Source: Vicugna vicugna (Eukaryota). Taken from it: 64,000 nt of DNA. The notes below the pieces were generated by a model that saw nothing but the letters and a program-made list of their open reading frames with translations, did no database searches and was not told where the DNA came from. Every line of letters starts with the position of its first letter. The stretch's first letter is position 1. The stretch is taken from assembly GCA_013265495.1 (NCBI GenBank), contig MU058531.1, forward strand, positions 2,666,911 through 2,730,910, written 5' to 3'. Positions 11,935 through 25,129 of this stretch are shown here, piece after piece. Position numbers and translations under genes: made by a program.

Positions 11935-12170
11935 CAAAAGAGTGTAATGGTTGAAAGCATGAGCTTTGAAGTCAGACTAACTTGGGGTCAAGTCTTGACT
12001 GATCCTCTGCTAGGTCCATGACCTTGGACAAATTGCTCAACTTCTCTAAACTTTGGTATCCTTGTGAGAATAAGAATGATAATCCCCTTGTAATCCCCTA
12101 TTTGAGGATTACACAATAATCTGGGGAAAGCACTCTATGACTGGTATAGAGTCAGCACTCAGTAAATATA
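11935..12170 (+). mobile_element. MIR SINE
   Basis: 'gtgtaatggttgaaagcatgagctttgaagtcagac...gaccttggacaaattgctcaacttctct...gcactcagtaaat'. Confidence 0.75.
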
Positions 12171-12715
12171 AATTTAAACCTTGAAGAAATAAATCTTATA
12201 AGAGAAGGATACAAATTCTTTGGAATTACAACCAATTCATGTATTCCTGAAGAATTTCTGTTAAATGAGTCCCATTTACCCTGGGATTGACCACCCCCAG
12301 ATTTAGAGTGGGGGCTTACATGAAGTCTTTGCAGACACACAAGGTGCCCTTAGATCTCCATGTTTGTCCTTGTGCCCCTTGTCTTTGTCCTCTGGTGAAC
12401 TGACCCCATATGTCACACCTCACTTATTACTGACCTCCACCTCACTCCTTACCGCAGCCTCACTTGCAGCCTCTGCAGTCCACAGGAACTGCTCTTACTC
12501 AGGGCATCAGAGATGCTCCAGCTGAACTTTTCATGGTGCTTGATACTCTGATGACTCCTTCGTCTCTAGATAAGGTTTGGCCAATTTAGCTTTTAACTTT
12601 ATGTACCCAAAGGTGAAGAAAACAGAGGCAGGGAGGCTTGAGGGAAGAAGTAGGGAAGGTTAAAAATATTTGTGAAAGCTGTGTTTTCACTTTGTTTTGG
12701 GAACGAATATAATTC

Positions 12716-12908
12716 CCTGAGAGTTCTCATCACAAGGAAAAAAAATTTCTACTTCTTCAATATTGTATCTGTATGAAATGATGGATGTTCACTTAACATT
12801 GTGATAATCATTTCATGACATCTGTGAGTCAAGTCAGTATGCTATATACCTTAAATTTATCCAGTACTGAATATCAGTTATATCTCAATACAACTGGAAG
12901 AAAAAAAA
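12716..12908 (+). mobile_element. Short L1 3'-end insertion (L1MA-type) with A tail
   Basis: 'gttctcatcacaag...gataatcatttc...ttatatctcaatacaactggaag' plus poly-A; TSD gaatataattc (12705-12715) / gaatataactc (12909-12919). Confidence 0.8.
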
Positions 12909-13079
12909 GAATATAACTCAGAGAAATTTTAGAGTTGCTGTATTTTTTAGAAAGTAAAGTGCTTCTTGTTGACATTATTCGTGGTGAATTTATAAAGTCA
13001 GAGTCATACAGGGCTACTCGCATATATACCATGTGCTTCATCTCTCTCCATGTATCTCAGTCCTCTTGGCTAATTTTCA

Positions 13080-14370
13080 TCATCGAGGTCTGTCCTCTAA
13101 GAAACACTTTTTTTGTGAGAGTCCATCAGTATATTTTCCCAAATTTTGTTTATCTAAAAGTATCTTTACTCTCATGCTTGAGAATTTTTTCTAAGTACAT
13201 AATTTTAGATTGAAAGTTTTTCTCAGCACTATGAAGATTTTATTCCACTGTCTGCTGACTTCCATCACTGTTGTTGAGAAGTCTTCTGTCAGCTTAATTT
13301 CCATCCTTTGAAGGATTCCATCTTTGTTTTCTGGCTATTTTTAACATCTTTTCTTTGCCTAGGGTGTATCTTGCTTTGGATTTATTGGAATTCCTGAATA
13401 AAGGATTGGAATCATATCAGTTTGGGAAAATTCTCAGCATTCTCTTGACCTCATTCTGGAATATCAATTAGATGCCTACAGGACCTTCTCACTGTCCTTG
13501 TGCTTACTTATCCTCTCTCATGTTTTTGGCCTTCTTTCTGTGTTGTCTTCTGTTTTTCTTCAGATCTGTTTGGTTTCTTTAGTTGTGATTTCCCTGTGGT
13601 TTAACTCGTACATTGAATTATAATTTAAATTTTTATATTTTAATTTCTGGACATTATAGTTGGTTTGTTTTCAGATCTTTTTGATTTTTTAATTTCTAAA
13701 AAAGCATCTTAAACTTCCTTATTTTAGGGTTTGTATGCATTAATTCTAATACCTGAAGTCTTTATGCATCATCTTCTGTTATTAGTTGTCTTTGCTGACT
13801 TTCACCCTTGGTGGCTTGTTTCCTTTGATTTTTTTTTTATTGTGAATTCATTTGCTGAAAATCTTTATTTGAGATAAAAATTTCCTTGCTCTTTTTGGGG
13901 GCAATATAGGTACTTACTATCACTTGTGGCCCCAAACCTTTGTGTGTGGCTAAGTTTGTGGTTACAAAACCTCAGGGAAATTTTAATGTTGTTTTTAGTA
14001 TTGTTAGCTCCATCCAGAGCCAAGGCTCACACAGACCATTTTCTTTGTCGTCTGCCACTGCTGGGTGGGTTTTCTTCTAGGTCACCTTTCCCCCAGGGCA
14101 TAGCCTACTTGAAATGAGGCTTTATGCTGGGTGGTCTGGCTCTTCAGCCTAGCTGAGATACCTGACAACCCACAGATGCCCCAGCATAGGCATGGGTGGC
14201 AATAGCCACTTAGCTCTGCTCTCCTGCTTCAGTCTCAGCCTCAGGAAAGTAAAGTACTCTTATTTTCTTGGAAGCTAATCTATTTAAAGAGGGCTTTCTA
14301 GATTTTAAACTTTCTTTGTAGTCATGGTATTTCAAGATACCTAGGCCACTGTATTGCTGAAATGGAAATC
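13080..14370 (-). mobile_element. Ancient L1 (L1ME-type) 5'UTR/ORF1 relic
   Basis: T-rich antisense ORF1 signature ('ttctcagcactatgaagattttattccactgtctgctgacttccatc...gagaagtcttctgtcagc'); no intact ORF. Confidence 0.6.
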
Positions 14371-15414
14371 TGTGTGCTTTTATTGTATCTTTCAGCTGTT
14401 ATTTCTTGCTAGTCCAAGCAAAATTAATTTCTGACAATGGAAACCAGGGGAAAAATGGAAATCATTTCATGGAAACTCACTTTCTAGGAAACTTGACTCT
14501 TGGCTAAGACTGCAGTCTAGCCAGCTTACAAAGCTTACATTCAATACATATTTACTGAGCTCAGGGTCACAGAGCTGGTTAGCAGTGTCTGGGACTTTTG
14601 TCAATGATATAAATGCAGAAACTCATTATTATTTTTAAAAATTTGCTTGTGAATTCATTCAGACTTCTGTTCACTGAACATTAATTGAGCACCTACTCAG
14701 GCCAAGTCCCAGAGAATCCTTTAGCCAGTAAGTACTCAGTAAATGGGTAATACACATTCATGTTTTCCTGTATGTAGGAACAGACCCTTAACTGCTTATA
14801 AGTATCTCTTCTCCTCCTCCCTACTTTCCACCCCAAGCCTAAAATACATACTTCCACATACAGGTGAGAGGGTTTATGACTGGTGAGGAGGAGAATAAGG
14901 AAACAGGAAATGCCGTTACAGAGTCCATGGGACCTAGGTAGGACTGGCTGAGCTCAGAGCCTTTACTATTAGGACCGTGACCCACGGAGGAAATCAGTGA
15001 GAACTAGCCACTAGCATGTATTTGAGTCCTCACACTGCTACACACCAGCTGTTAGACTAACTCTGTGCCTCAGCTTCCTCTTCTGTAGAATGGGAATTCC
15101 CATTACTGAGTGCTAAACACACAGGAGACACTGTCCTTGCCTTTAAGAACTTTTTTTTTTAAGAGTCAGAAAAGGGATTTCCACAATATCCTAAGTAACA
15201 AGAGAAAAATCATCCTTATTCTATGATGGCAAGAAGTCCATGGGGATCTATTTGGCCAGGATGGATGTTTCTACAGCCTGGCTTAGACTGGCAAAGATGG
15301 GCAGTCATTCCTATGAGCCCATCTCTCTTCCTCCGCAGAGACTTAACCTGCCAAGTTTTGTCTTTAGCTCTCATTCCTTAAATGGCGGCTACTATTACGT
15401 AGGCTACTATTACC

Positions 15415-15433
15415 CAGCCACTAGGGGGCCAGG
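15415..15433 (+). promoter_or_regulatory. CTCF binding motif
   Basis: cagCCACTAGGGGGCcagg matches the CCASYAGRKGGC core exactly, in non-repeat sequence; motif only, no occupancy data. Confidence 0.55.
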
Positions 15434-16699
15434 GGCATTCATAAAAGGCTGCACTTAGCACTGAAATCATAAAAACCTTAAAATAGCTTGCAGCTGGGGA
15501 ACCTGCTTTGATGAAACTAAATCCTGTTCCAGTATAGAAGCCCACAAAAATAAACATCAGTGATGATAAACAAAACAAACATCTTGACACCCCAGGAAAA
15601 AACCATAGCCCATTTTAGGTAAGCAAATTGGCTCCCACTCTGTGCATGAATTGAGTAGCTGATGCTGAGTGGGGAGTTGGTTGGCTGGGAGAGGGTATGT
15701 GAGCGGGGGGTTTGGACACCCAAGGGTTACAGGAAATGTGGGTGGACTGGGGTGAAAGGTTCTCTTGCAATGAAAACCTCTTATACATGGAGGGTGGCAT
15801 TCCAGATGGACTTCTGCTGGGTCCAAGCCTATGAAGTGGCTCTGCCTGATCTCTGTCCTCCTTTGAAGGTGAGAATAAAGTTTGACTGTTGAGGAGAGTG
15901 AATCGGACACAGATGCTGCAGGCCGTGGGCTTGCCCTGGCTTGCCTGTCTTCCTGGCAAGACAAGCCATTATTAGAGCCTGGTGACGACTCCCTGTGTCT
16001 GGGGACGTGCTGTCTGCACTTCTAGGAGCCGGCTCCTTCCTAAGGGGAAAGAGAGGTGCCAGACCGTGGAAAGCTCCAATTATTGGTGGCTCTATTTTGC
16101 AGAATGATTGCCTTTGAGTAAAGTATGTGTTGTAGAATCAAACTTGGCATTTTTAATTAACATAAAAGAATGTTCTTAACATTCTTTTCAGTTACCTGCC
16201 TTGTACATGTGTCAAAAAAAAAAAAAAGGAATTCTTTAACCACTTCCCAGGAAATGGCTTCAGAGCTGCTTTGTTGCTCTGAGAGTCTTCTCTGACAGTG
16301 ACCCTTGGGCAGTTGCAGACTTGATTTCATAAATGTGGTTCTTCTAATTTTTCTTTTGAATGATACTTTTATTCGACTTCCTTGGGATTAAAAAAAATCC
16401 TTAATATTACCATCAAAGGCAGGCATTTGTATTCAGATCTGAGGGATTGAATGGGCCATGGGCGTCTTACCAGGGCAAATACCTGTGTCAGAAGAATCTT
16501 CCAGGGGCTTTTGGAATATGTATGGCCCAGCATTACAAGCTGGAAAACTGGCAACCACGATCCTAGGTCTCAGAGTGGGTCTGTGCTTGGTAGCTAAGGG
16601 TTCAGAGGGCCATTCTGACCTTGACCTTTGAGTAAACCAGTGAACTAATGCCATTGACTGAGCACCATGACTGCAACAACAAGCAACTCTGGATTTTGG

Positions 16700-16885
16700 A
16701 ATCCCATTCAATGTCTAATCCTACCTCTGCTGTATACAAGCTGTGTGACATTGTACAATCTAATCAGCCTCTCTGAGCTTTGTGAAATGGGGAAATAACC
16801 CCTTCCTCCTAGGGCTGTAGGGAGGAGAATAAAATGAGATATTACATAGAAAGCACCAAATTCAAAGCTTGTCAAAAGGTCAGTC
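16700..16885 (+). mobile_element. MIR SINE
   Basis: 'agctgtgtgacattgtacaatctaatcagcctctctgagc...gtgaaatgggga...aaaatgagat'. Confidence 0.7.
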
Positions 16886-17029
16886 AATGTCTGATAGTGT
16901 CCCAACTATCTCTACCCCTTGAAGTCAACCACACTGAACAAAGGGCTGCAGGTTCAGAAGACTACAGGTTCTGTCTTTTGTTTGCTTGTTTGTTTTAGGT
17001 GTAGAGAAAAATTTCATCCTCCTGAAGTA

Positions 17030-17930
17030 GATGACTCCCAAATTTACATTCCAGCTTTGATAGTTCTTCCAGGCGTCAGGCCAATGTGAAGTATTTACAA
17101 ATGGTGGTTCTAGCATGTTAAACTTAAAATGTCCAAACGTGAAATTCACCTCTGCTTCTGTTACCCTACCCACAACAGATACACACAAATCCCAACCAGC
17201 AAACCTGGTTTTCCTTTCATACTTTTTTTTTTCTGTTAAGGACAACATCATTGTTCAAGATGTCCAGACTTAAACTTAGAATCAGTTATCTCTGTCTTCT
17301 CTTTACTTTCATCCCACTCAGTCAGCCTCCAGATCAGGCTTAAGCCTCCTTCCTTCTTTCCTCTTCTTCCATCTTCCTACCCTCTCTTTCTTCTATTCAA
17401 GCCATTCTCAGAGCCAGCAGCTCAGATCCAACAGAAAGTGTCCATGGAGGCTGTTCAGGTCTTCTCATCCCATCCCAGATTGTAAACTTGGAGCCTCCTC
17501 TGACGCTGGCATTGGCCTCTCCCATCCACCCTGTCGTCCACTGCCTCCCCCACCCCCAGTTTGATTGCCTCAGCTTCCTTTATGCCATTTTCCTGTTCAT
17601 GATCCTTCAAAGACCCCACATGGTCTACAAGAAAAATTTCTTTGTTCAATCTGCGCTACCTTCCCTTTCTGACGCAATCTCTCACTTTCTCTGCTCCAGC
17701 CATAGATGCCCACTTACTGGAACTGTCATTCCCTTCTCCAGCCATGCTATTCCTTCTAACCATGTACCCACCTCATCTTGTAGTTCCCACCAGTCTAGGT
17801 GCCTCCTAGGCTCTTTCTTAATCAATTGGTTGGAACCACAATCCTTTCTGACATTTGAATACTTCCTTCAAAATGTGTTTCTTCATTCCATTCTTCGGGC
17901 TACCGTCCTAGAGTCAAATAGGACATGACT
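17030..17930 (+). mobile_element. L2 LINE relic
   Basis: CT-rich L2 ORF2 3' part including 'aaacttaaaatgtccaaacgtgaaattc' (LNMSKTE-like motif). Confidence 0.55.
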
Positions 17931-17964
17931 TGTGAGATGTCCCAAGAGCTGCTGTGACACCCTG

Positions 17965-18230
17965 GGAGGTAATGCAGTTTAGTGGTTAAGAATTTGCTGC
18001 TCTAGTAACAGATAGATCTTGTCCAAATCCCAACTCTACCATTTACTAGTTACATGACCTTGGGCTGATTCTTTACTCTTTCTCATCCTCTTTTCCTTCA
18101 TCTATAAAGCTGAGTAAGTAGTGTCTACTTGACATGGTTGTTGTATGCTAAAGGGATGATGCATGGTAAAACACTTAGCATAGTGGCTGGCACCCAGTGT
18201 CCAAGTGTTCAATAAATTATTGCTATTACC
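17965..18230 (+). mobile_element. MIR SINE, near full length
   Basis: 'agtggttaagaa...aatcccaactctaccatttactagttacatgaccttgggc...gctggcaccc...ttcaataaattattgctatt'. Confidence 0.85.
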
Positions 18231-21200
18231 TTTTACTTCTTTCTTTGTTTAACTGTCCATAGCTGGTTTATCAGTAATGAAGACTGACTGTGATTCCAAA
18301 TTTCTTGGGCTAGAGCTGTATAACATTTAAGATGGTCAAAAGATTGCAAGTGGAAGTCAGAGAAATGGACGTGATAGCTTATTGGGCTGTAAGGTTCTCA
18401 AGGGCAGCAGTAGTGTTACTTTCCTTTTTGTGTCTTCAAAATGTAGTAATTATTCAAAAATATATGTTTAAATCAACTAAATGTTGAGTTGCAAAAGCTT
18501 CATTGCAATTTCCTGTGGTCAATTTTTATTTCTGTCTATTTCTTATGATTGTGAAAGTTAACTTCCAGAATGCTGGGATTCATTCCTTTTTCTTAAAAAA
18601 AGTATGTGGGTATATATATGTGTGTGTGTTTGTATATGTATGTGTGAATACATACATTTAAGTTCTCACTGTTCTTCTGGTCTAGCTTCCTTGTGTTTAG
18701 TGTGTGTTTCTCTTCCTCTTCCTACCCTAAACTTTGGGTTTGGGTGTGACCATAGGTTTGCCCTTGGATTATAACCAAGCCTGAAAGAGCCTTCCTGAGA
18801 GGAGAGCTACCTGCATCTGACCTGTCTGAGTTTGGCCCCGGAGTTAAATCCTCAGAAATCCAGCTTTCACAGTGAGCTGGAAAAGGTCATGACGGAGAGG
18901 CCCATTATGTCTGCAGATTACTGATCACCTTTGCCATTTTCTTGAAAATCTCCTACCTTTACTTCTGGGCCATTCTTCTGGGCTTGTCACAGTGTGGTTC
19001 ATGCACTACATAAGTTCCCAGTGTTGATGTGTTGATGGGCATTCAGAGTGCTTGCTTTGTTAGTACTCCTTAGGTGCTGGGAGCTTTAAAGACAGAAATT
19101 TAATGTATAAATTTTAATGCAGTTCACATATTCATTGAGTGTTAATAATATGTCAAGCACTATTTCCTTTTCTGGAAAGATTAAGACACTTAACACTTAA
19201 GTAGTTAGTAGAGTGATGAGTGAATGACAGGTTGGATTTTTCTTCTCCCTTCATTTCTTTCTTTCCTTTCCTGCCCACACTTTCCAGCATAGAAAAGGAG
19301 ATTTTGTGAGGAGGACAGTGCATTGGAATTATGGCCACTATTACCAAGATATGCAGTTGTCTGTATTATAGATGTATTGTGGAGAGTATGAAAGCTCTGA
19401 TGCCCTATAGGGGTCTGGTGGGCCTCAGGGATCTGCTCTGCCCTTTCAGATGGAATCAAGACCCTGAGGGAAGGACCAAGGTGGTAGATAAGACCCAAGT
19501 GTTCATGGGAATGGAGGGAGAAAAGAGACTAGAGGGGAAACAAGGAAATCCAGGGAAGGACCTCAGAGTCTCCCTTTGGTCACCATCATCGGGATGAGAT
19601 ACACTTCTACTGTCTATCTTTGGACAGTGTCTCACTAAGGTCTGATCACGTCATTGCTTCCTAAGCACTTGATTCTCCCACATTATCACTTTACTCCAGC
19701 GGTGGGTTAACATCACTCTGGTTCTGTGGCTTTGGTTGAACTGACATGGGTTCAAAATTCTTTGAACTTCCACATCTGAATTTTGTTTCTGCAGGTTGGC
19801 TGCTGACATGGGCAGAGGGTTCCTGAAATGCAGCCCTTCACTGTCTCTAGCCCTGCTGACTGCTTCCTTCCCACAGAGGAGCTGAGGGGACTACTGTGGG
19901 TCCATAGCTTCTCCTGACCCCATTAAGGGAGAGCAGAACCATCTTTCCTAGAGCATTTCTGGTGGAGAAGATGCCTTTTTCTTTGGTTGGAACTTTGAAG
20001 TTAGATAGCCCTGGCCCTTAGACAGGCTCTGCCCTCTATTGGCATTATGACTTGAAAATTCTGGCTTAGGGAAGGATAGATGTCTCCAAACTAACTTGGG
20101 AATGGAACAGAAGGAGGTGTCCACCCCGTTAGGGGTAGAAGAGGAGAGGAAGTGGCAAATGAGGCTGAAACTATAACCAGAACTTGAATTTATTAAATTT
20201 ATTAAATTAACAAAAAAGAATTAGTAGCTCTTTGCTGTTCATAGCTAAGGATGAGGATGACTGCTGGGGTGTGAATCTTCTAGACTGGCCCCTGGGGCCA
20301 AGTGGCCGGGACGGAAGGATGCCTGAGAGGGGTGCTGTGCGAGGTCACCAGAGACCATGGAAGCTGGAAAGTCAGAATAGGGAGGAAAAGCATATATTAT
20401 CACTCAAAGTTTGAATGAATAAGAAAGCTTTTCTCAGGAAAACACAAATGAAAATTTTAGTAGTTATTTTAGGAGTCATGCCCCTGAATTACAAGCAAGG
20501 TCTGAAGCTCATTAACAAACCCATGTCATTACATTTCATGCCTGTGAAGGAAAGAATCTAGAACTTGCAGAACAGGAGCTCAGCTCTGGGTTAGGCTGCG
20601 TGTGTTTAAATCCTGTATCTGCCACTTGTTGGCTGTGCAACTTCGAGCAAGTGATTTTGTTTTTCCTTTCTCCAATTTTCTGATTGAAAAATGGATAGAC
20701 TAACAGTACCCACTTATTATTGTTATTGAGAGAACTAATGGGTTAGACTATAAACTGCTAGCATGAGAAATGCCCCCAAAATGGTAGATATTGTTATATT
20801 CAGAACACTAAAATTTTAATGCCTTTGTGAACTTACCAGCAAACATCGTTGACTTAGTCGTCATGCACTAGTAATTCCTGATCAAGCTGGGCCATCTTGC
20901 TCTGGCTTTGGAGTGAAGGCTACATCCTGTGTGTGCATGTGCAGGTGAGGGAGGGAGGTGTACGCTGCTCTGGAGTGAGGCAGTACTTCCTTTGTCTCCT
21001 GTCAGAGCTGACAGCACAGACTTAGTCCCCTAGGGAGACCTCAGAATTACAGGTCTATGACTGTTTCCACATGGAATAGGGCGTTTGGAACTGGGGTGCA
21101 GATTACCATCTCCAGAGGACTTCTATATGCTCTGGGCACTAGGGTCACTTATCATAGATTGTTATAGAAACTTCTTTCATGGGCCACTTAGAAACATTGA

Positions 21201-22459
21201 ACCAGAGGCCCTACCTTATCCTATACTTAGGACTTGATTGGGAAGCTTGAACTTGGCTCACAGTTTCCATTTGGACCTGTTAAGTCCTTGCTGTTAGCCT
21301 GGGAAGGGGTCTCCAAAGGGCGTGAGGCTTGAGGGAGGACTATGGAATCCCAGGAGAGAGAGTCACCTGGAGTGAAGAAGTTTGGCAAGACAGATTAAGC
21401 AGGGGGGCTGAGAGCAATCAGGGGTCTCTAGATAAGCATTGGCCCCATTCTCGTGCCCTGTCCCCAAAGTGTGCTCTAGAAAAGGGCTGGGTGCTAAGGT
21501 AAGAACAGTCACTTCGAGCCCAACACCTCTGCTGTGGGGACAGCAGAAGATCCTAGGAGGTAGGTGGTCAGGAGGAGCCTGGTGGAAGCCTAGGCAGCAC
21601 CCTGTGGGAGTTGGGACAACAGCAGCCAAAGCATCACAGTGCGTTGAGGCAGCGCGGCAGGCGGCCGGGCTACATCATGACTGCTGGACTGTGTAATGTG
21701 CTTCCACCTCTCCATAAAGCACCTGTCTCCTGGATTGTGGAGAGCTGATAACAGTGCTGGGCACGCAGTCGGTGCTCAGTAAACATTAGCCATTGTTGTT
21801 GGAGAGTGGTCTCTCAAGTAGAACTCCTGAGGAGAATTGTTGGTAGTGAAATCCTGGGAAAAGACTGGGCAGTTTGGAGAATGGCTGTAATGTGACCCAT
21901 TGTGCTCCCTGCTGGGTTGAAACATCATCCAAGTAAGTGCATGCAGGATCTGCTTCCCTCCAGCTCTTTGATCCCCTCGGCCTGTGATCCTGGGGCTGGG
22001 CCCAGAGGAGGCACCGGTTTGTATAAAGCTCAGTGGTTGATCCGTCTGCATCAAACTGATGGCTGTGCTCCAGGCTTGTTGATCTGGGGTGATGGGAACA
22101 GTATTTAAAAACCTCTGACTATTCCCCATGCCTTGCCTTTGGGGTAATACGTTAAGAAAAACCTTGCTTGGTTTCTCTCATGTTCTCCCAGCCAGGAGAT
22201 TACGTTCTCCACTTCTCACCTCCAAAACCCTCTTCTTTACCGAGATTCTACTCATTTTTCAAGGTCCAGCGGAGGTCAGGATAAATCATTCCTTGCTCCC
22301 AGAATTCTTTATTTACACATCACCCTTGGTCATTATCCCATTCATTCTACAATAGTGCAGTACCTCTCTGCTTCCCTTACAGTGTTTTAAGTTCTTTAAG
22401 ATAGGACACACATGCATGTGTGTGTCTCTTAGTCATCATTTTACCCCCCTCCATGGGGT

Positions 22460-22635
22460 CATGTGATATTTACTTAAACTAACAAGTTCTATGAAGTAAG
22501 CAATAACCCCATTTTACAGATGAGAAAACTGAGGCTTAGAGAAAGTAAGTGCCTTGCTCAAGGCCACCCAGCTGATGGTTGAATGAGCCAAAATCCAGGC
22601 AGTCCACGACCCAGCCTGACCCACTACCTTCTACT
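22460..22635 (-). mobile_element. MIR SINE
   Basis: 'ccccattttacagatgagaaaactgaggcttagagaaagtaagtgccttgctcaaggccacccagct'. Confidence 0.85.
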
Positions 22636-22806
22636 GACTTGCATGGGAGGAACTTAAATATTCCATGAGTTGAATGTGGTCAGTTTCATAGGCTTTGTTC
22701 TGTTGATGATCTACAGTACTTATTTGTGCAGTTTGGGGGTGATATCCCTTCTGAAAAGACAGTGTCCAAAAGATTGCCAAGATCAGCATTTTTTTTGTTG
22801 CTAAAA

Positions 22807-25129
22807 TTTTTTTTTTACATTTTTTATTGATTCATAATCATTTTACAGTGTTGTGTCAAATTCCAGTGTTCAGCACAATTTTTCACTCATTCATGGACAT
22901 ATACACACTCATTGTCACATTTTTTTCTCTGTGATTTATCATAACATTTTGTGTATATTTCCCTGTGCTATACAGTGTAATCTTGTTTATCTATTCTACA
23001 ATTTTGAAATCCCAGTCTATCCCTTCCCACCCTCTACCCCCCCCCCCGGTAACCACAAGTCTGTATTCTCTGTCCATGAGTCTATTTCTGTCCTGTATTT
23101 ATGCTTTGTTTTTGTTTGTTTTTATTTTTTAGATTCCACATATGAGCGATCTCATATGGTATTTTTCTTTCTCTTTCTGGCTTACTTCACTTAGAATGAC
23201 ATTCTCTAGGAGCATCCATGTTGCTGCAAATGGCATTATGTTGTCGGTTTTTATGGCTGAGTAGTATTCCATTGTATAAATATACCACTTCTTCTTTATC
23301 CAGTCACCTGTTGATGGACATTTAGGCTGTTTCCATGTTTTGGCTATTGTAAATAGTGCTGCTATGAACATTGGGGTGCAGGTGTCATCCTGAAGTAGAT
23401 TTCCTTCTGGATACAAGCCCAGGAGTGGGATTCCTGGGTCATATGGTAAGTCTATTCCTAGTCTTTTGAGGAATCTCCACACTGTTTTCCATAGTGGCTG
23501 CACCAAACTGCATTCCCACCAGCAGTGTAGGAGGGTTCCCCTTTCTCCACAGCCTCTCCAGCATTTGTCATTTTTGGATTTTTGAATGACGGCCATTCTG
23601 ACTGGTGTGAGGTGATACCTCATTGTAGTTTTGATTTGCATTTCTCTGATAATTAGTGATATTGAACATTTTTTCATGTGCTTTTTGATCATTTGTATGT
23701 CTTCCTTGGAGAATTGCTTGTTTAGGTCTTCTGCCCATTTTTGGATTGGGTTGTTTATTTTTTTCTTATTGAGTCGTATGAGCTGCTTATATATTTTGGA
23801 GATCAAGCCTTTGTCGGTTTCACTTGCAAAAATTTTCTCCCATTCCGTAGGTTTTCTTCTTGTTTTATTTCTGGTTTCCTTTGCTCTGCAGAAGCTTGTA
23901 AGTTTCATTAGGTCCCATTTGTTTATTCTTGCTTTTATTTCTTCTAGGAGAAAATTTTTGAAATGTATGTCAGATAATGTTTTGCCTATGTTTTCCTCTA
24001 GGAGGTTTATTGTATCTTGTCTTATGTTTAAGTCTTTAATCCATTTTGAGTTGATTTTTGTATATGGTGTAAGGGTGTGTTCTAGCTTCATTGTTTTACA
24101 TGCTGCTGTCCAGTTTTCCCAACACCATTTGCTGAAGAGACTGTCTTTATTCCATTGTATATTCTTGCCTCCTTTGTCGAAGATGAGTTGACCAAAAGTT
24201 TGTGGGTTCATTTCTGGGCTCTCTATTCTGTTCCATTGGTCTATATGTCTGTTTTGGTACCAATACCATGCTGTCTTGATGACTGTAGCTCTATAGTATT
24301 GTCTGAAGTCTGGGAGAGTTATTCCTCCAGCCTCTTTCTTTCTCTTCAGTAATGCTTTAGCAATTCTAGGTCTTTGATGGTTCCATATAAATTTTATTAT
24401 GATTTGTTCTAGTTCTGTGAAATATGTCCTGGGTAATTGGATAGGGATTGCATTAAATCTGTAGATTGCCTTGGGCAGTGTGACCATTTTAACAATATTG
24501 ATTCTTCCAATCCAAGAGCATGGAATATCTTTCCATTTTTTAAAGTCTTCTTTAATTTCCTTCATCAATGGTTTATAGTTTTCTGTGTATAATTCTTTCA
24601 CCTCCTTGGTTAGATTTATTCCCAGATATTTTATTACTTTGGGTGCTATTTTAAAGGGGATTGTTTCTTTACTTTCTTTTTCTGTTGATTTATCGTTAGT
24701 GTAAAGAAAGGCAACTGATTTTTGAACATTAATTTTGTAACCTGCTACCTTGCTGAATTCTTCGATCAGCTCTAGTAGCTTTTTTGTGGACCTTTTAGGG
24801 TTTTCTATATATAGTAACATGTCGTCAGCATATAATGACACTTTTACCTCTTCTTTTCCAATTTGGATCCCTTTTATTTCTTTCTCTTGCCTGATTGCTG
24901 TGGCTAGGACTTCCAGGACTATATTGAATAGGAGTGGTGATAGTGGGCATCCTTGTCTTGTCCCAGATTTTAGTGGGAAGCTTTTGAGTTTTTCACCGTT
25001 GAGAACTATGCTGGCTATAGGTTTGTCATATATAGCTTTTATTATGTTGAGATATGTTCCCTCTATACCCACTTTGGCGAGAGTTTTTATCATAAATGGG
25101 TGTTGAATTTTATCAAATGCTTTTTCTGC
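22807..25129 (-). mobile_element. Young 5'-truncated LINE-1 insertion (~2.3 kb)
   Basis: Poly-A (T run 22807-22816), AATAAA (22823-22828, minus), G-rich 3'UTR tract, open ORF2; flanking repeat tgctaaaa(a)tttt at 22799-22810 and 25127-25140. Confidence 0.95.
23129..25093 (-). CDS. LINE-1 ORF2p, C-terminal half (RT, wrist/C-terminal domain, CCHC knuckle); N-terminally truncated, endonuclease absent
   Basis: 654 aa open frame with [19 protein letters not shown] and [18 protein letters not shown]; frame continues upstream to the truncation ([12 protein letters not shown]). Transposon-derived, not a host gene. Confidence 0.93.
   Translation of the reverse strand: MIKTLAKVGIEGTYLNIIKAIYDKPIASIVLNGEKLKSFPLKSGTRQGCPLSPLLFNIVLEVLATAIRQEKEIKGIQIGKEEVKVSLYADDMLLYIENPKRSTKKLLELIEEFSKVAGYKINVQKSVAFLYTNDKSTEKESKETIPFKIAPKVIKYLGINLTKEVKELYTENYKPLMKEIKEDFKKWKDIPCSWIGRINIVKMVTLPKAIYRFNAIPIQLPRTYFTELEQIIIKFIWNHQRPRIAKALLKRKKEAGGITLPDFRQYYRATVIKTAWYWYQNRHIDQWNRIESPEMNPQTFGQLIFDKGGKNIQWNKDSLFSKWCWENWTAACKTMKLEHTLTPYTKINSKWIKDLNIRQDTINLLEENIGKTLSDIHFKNFLLEEIKARINKWDLMKLTSFCRAKETRNKTRRKPTEWEKIFASETDKGLISKIYKQLIRLNKKKINNPIQKWAEDLNKQFSKEDIQMIKKHMKKCSISLIIREMQIKTTMRYHLTPVRMAVIQKSKNDKCWRGCGERGTLLHCWWECSLVQPLWKTVWRFLKRLGIDLPYDPGIPLLGLYPEGNLLQDDTCTPMFIAALFTIAKTWKQPKCPSTGDWIKKKWYIYTMEYYSAIKTDNIMPFAATWMLLENVILSEVSQKEKEKYHMRSLICGI

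Noticed and set aside
19795..19885. Acceptor followed by ATG and a 25-aa ORF (MGRGFLKCSPSLSLALL...) faintly like a calcitonin-family signal peptide
   Set aside because: Stops after 25 codons with no donor and no downstream hormone exon; likely chance similarity.
23631..25106. 186-aa, 65-aa and 118-aa + strand ORFs
   Set aside because: Antisense shadow frames of L1 ORF2.
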